Source: a virus (lineage: Duplodnaviria; Caudoviricetes). Taken from it: DNA of 55,717 bases. The DNA lies in IMG/VR virus record IMGVR_UViG_3300005611_000035, positions 1-55,717 of that record; one strand, written 5' to 3'. The notes beneath the pieces were generated by a model. The model had not been told where the DNA came from, searched no databases, and was given only the letters and a program-made list of their open reading frames with translations. A program made the position numbers and the translations under genes. Positions 54,111 through 55,717 of this stretch are shown here, piece by piece (the stretch's first letter is position 1; every line of letters begins with the position of its first letter).

Positions 54111-54885
54111 GAACTACATAGAAGGTCTTGATCTTAAAGAAGGAACACAGCATCGTGCTACCTGTCCTTGGTGTGGTGGTAAGAACACATTCACTGCTAC
54201 AAAGACAGACGGTACTGTGGTCTACAACTGTTACAAGGTTAGCTGCCAGCTAAAGGGTGCTACCAGTACAGGCATGACAGCAGAGGAGATCATAGGTAGA
54301 TTACGTCCTCACGAAAACAAAGAGGAGCAAGAGAAAGAGTTACTTACTTTGCCTGAGTATGTGGTTACACCCAGCGCAGAGCATACTCTACATAAGAAGT
54401 TTGTACAACGGTGGGACTTAGAGTATGAGAGCCTGATGTATGACGTGAAAGATAGACGTATTGTCTTTCCTATTCGTGACAAGGGTAGATTGATAGACGC
54501 AGTAGGACGTGCATTAGACGGGGCTATACCTAAGTGGTATAGATACTCTGGTATAGCTGATGTATACAAACGTACAATAGGCAAGCCCGGTGGTGTAGTT
54601 TTAATAGTTGAGGATGTCATAAGTGCAATCACAGCAGCTAAGCTTTATCCTGGTTTGACAGGCATGGCTATCCTTGGTACATCATTAGGTGCTGCACAAA
54701 TGCAACACTTGGATGGTTTTTATAGGGTAATCGTAGCGCTTGACCCTGATGCTGCACACAAGACCTTGACATACAAGAGAGAGATAGAGGCATGGACAGG
54801 GTTAGACACAAGAGCGTTAAGACTTGACGACGACTTAAAGTATAAGGTACACTCTGACATTGTAAAACTTAAGGAGATGTTATGA
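54097..54885 (+). CDS. DNA primase, allele 2
   Basis: Near-identical to 116-904 except for the zinc finger-TOPRIM linker. Confidence 0.85.
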   Translation: MKNIKNYIEGLDLKEGTQHRATCPWCGGKNTFTATKTDGTVVYNCYKVSCQLKGATSTGMTAEEIIGRLRPHENKEEQEKELLTLPEYVVTPSAEHTLHKKFVQRWDLEYESLMYDVKDRRIVFPIRDKGRLIDAVGRALDGAIPKWYRYSGIADVYKRTIGKPGGVVLIVEDVISAITAAKLYPGLTGMAILGTSLGAAQMQHLDGFYRVIVALDPDAAHKTLTYKREIEAWTGLDTRALRLDDDLKYKVHSDIVKLKEML

Positions 54886-55634
54886 TTAAGGCAACATACA
54901 TAGATCACATGGGCAGTGACTTGTCTGTAGTAAACTCTGCTAGAGTTAGCTTTGGTAAAAAGTCTGACTGGGTGCCACGTGTACACAATGGAGAAGCTAA
55001 AGTTCTACAACAGAAAGACAATAAGCTAATCTGGTATCTGGCAGAGCATAAACACATGTCACCCTTTGGTCACTGCTTTGCAAGCTTCCATGTCAAGGCT
55101 CCTATCTTTGTAGCTAGGCAGTTGGTGAAGCATAAGTTCCTACGCTGGAACGAGATAAGTCGTAGGTATGTGGACGAAGAGCCTGAGTTTTATGTGCCTG
55201 ATGTGTGGCGTGGACGTAGTGAAGACAAGAAGCAGGGCAGTGAGGGTGAGGTGAAGATTGAAGACTATATGATTGAACTAGCCTTCTTAAAACCAAACAC
55301 AGGTAAAGCTGTAGCAGCCTCTAAAGAGCCTCACAATGCATGGAATACATACGATCAGATAGAGAACGATTACGGAGGATTGATGGTTTTATATACAGGT
55401 CTTCTTGACATGGGAGTAGCACCAGAGCAAGCACGTATGGTCTTGCCACAGTCTATGATGACAGAGTGGTACTGGTCAGGTAGCCTTGACGCCTTCGCTG
55501 ATATGTGTATATTAAGATGTGCTTCTGACACACAACAGGAGACACAAGAGGTAGCCAATCAGATCAGTGTAAAGATGCACAAACTATTTCCCGTGTCGTG
55601 GATGGCACTATGTAAAGGAAGAAACAATGAGTAA
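54882..55634 (+). CDS. thyX: ThyX, allele 2 (longer loops)
   Basis: Same motifs as 901-1530 with two expanded loops. Confidence 0.9.
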   Translation: MIKATYIDHMGSDLSVVNSARVSFGKKSDWVPRVHNGEAKVLQQKDNKLIWYLAEHKHMSPFGHCFASFHVKAPIFVARQLVKHKFLRWNEISRRYVDEEPEFYVPDVWRGRSEDKKQGSEGEVKIEDYMIELAFLKPNTGKAVAASKEPHNAWNTYDQIENDYGGLMVLYTGLLDMGVAPEQARMVLPQSMMTEWYWSGSLDAFADMCILRCASDTQQETQEVANQISVKMHKLFPVSWMALCKGRNNE

Positions 55635-55717
55635 AGATGCAGGACTGATAGGCGTAGAACAAGTAGAAGAACACGAAGACGGTGGTGCAACTTACAAGTT
55701 TCACATGGATGCACATG
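55627..55717 (+). CDS. Hypothetical protein, partial (copy of 1527-1787)
   Basis: MSKDAGLIGVEQVEEHEDGG..., truncated by the window end. Confidence 0.7.
   Translation, partial: MSKDAGLIGVEQVEEHEDGGATYKFHMDAH

Larger units (their letters stand above)
53982..55717. repeat. Imperfect terminal direct repeat, copy 2
   Basis: Partner of 1-1620; 116 bp longer, mostly because of thyX loop insertions. Confidence 0.95.

Overview
The window is essentially a whole, circularly permuted genome (unit about 53,981 bp) of a marine podovirus of the HMO-2011 type, which infects SAR116 or Roseobacter-group hosts. The assignment rests on a family A DNA polymerase with an inserted DnaJ-type zinc finger, a tyrosine integrase directly upstream of the primase, and the absence of an RNA polymerase. 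The plus arm (49.5 kb, wrapping round to 12.6 kb) carries early genes, a Gp88-like protein, a C5-MTase-like gene, integrase, primase, ThyX, helicase, PolA, SSB, exo/endonucleases, MazG, class II RNR, glutaredoxin and PhoH. The minus arm (48.4 to 12.7 kb) carries small basic proteins, DUF1127, TerS/TerL, portal, scaffold, MCP, tail, fibre and internal virion proteins, and a GH19 lysin. The window ends overlap (1-1620 vs 53982-55717) but carry different primase and thyX alleles. The most novel-looking signals are: (1) a promoter- and terminator-bounded ~145-nt late sRNA whose CU-rich loop is complementary to early-gene ribosome-binding regions, on the same arm as a DUF1127 gene; (2) a ~450-nt highly structured non-coding early transcript; (3) a candidate maturation-protease/xxxGG-tag system; (4) a three-paralog fibre-tip family with 0, 1 or 2 inserted beta-propellers; (5) a phage-specific TTGACA-N16-TAHAACTA promoter. 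All calls come from reading the sequence by eye; no database searches were run.
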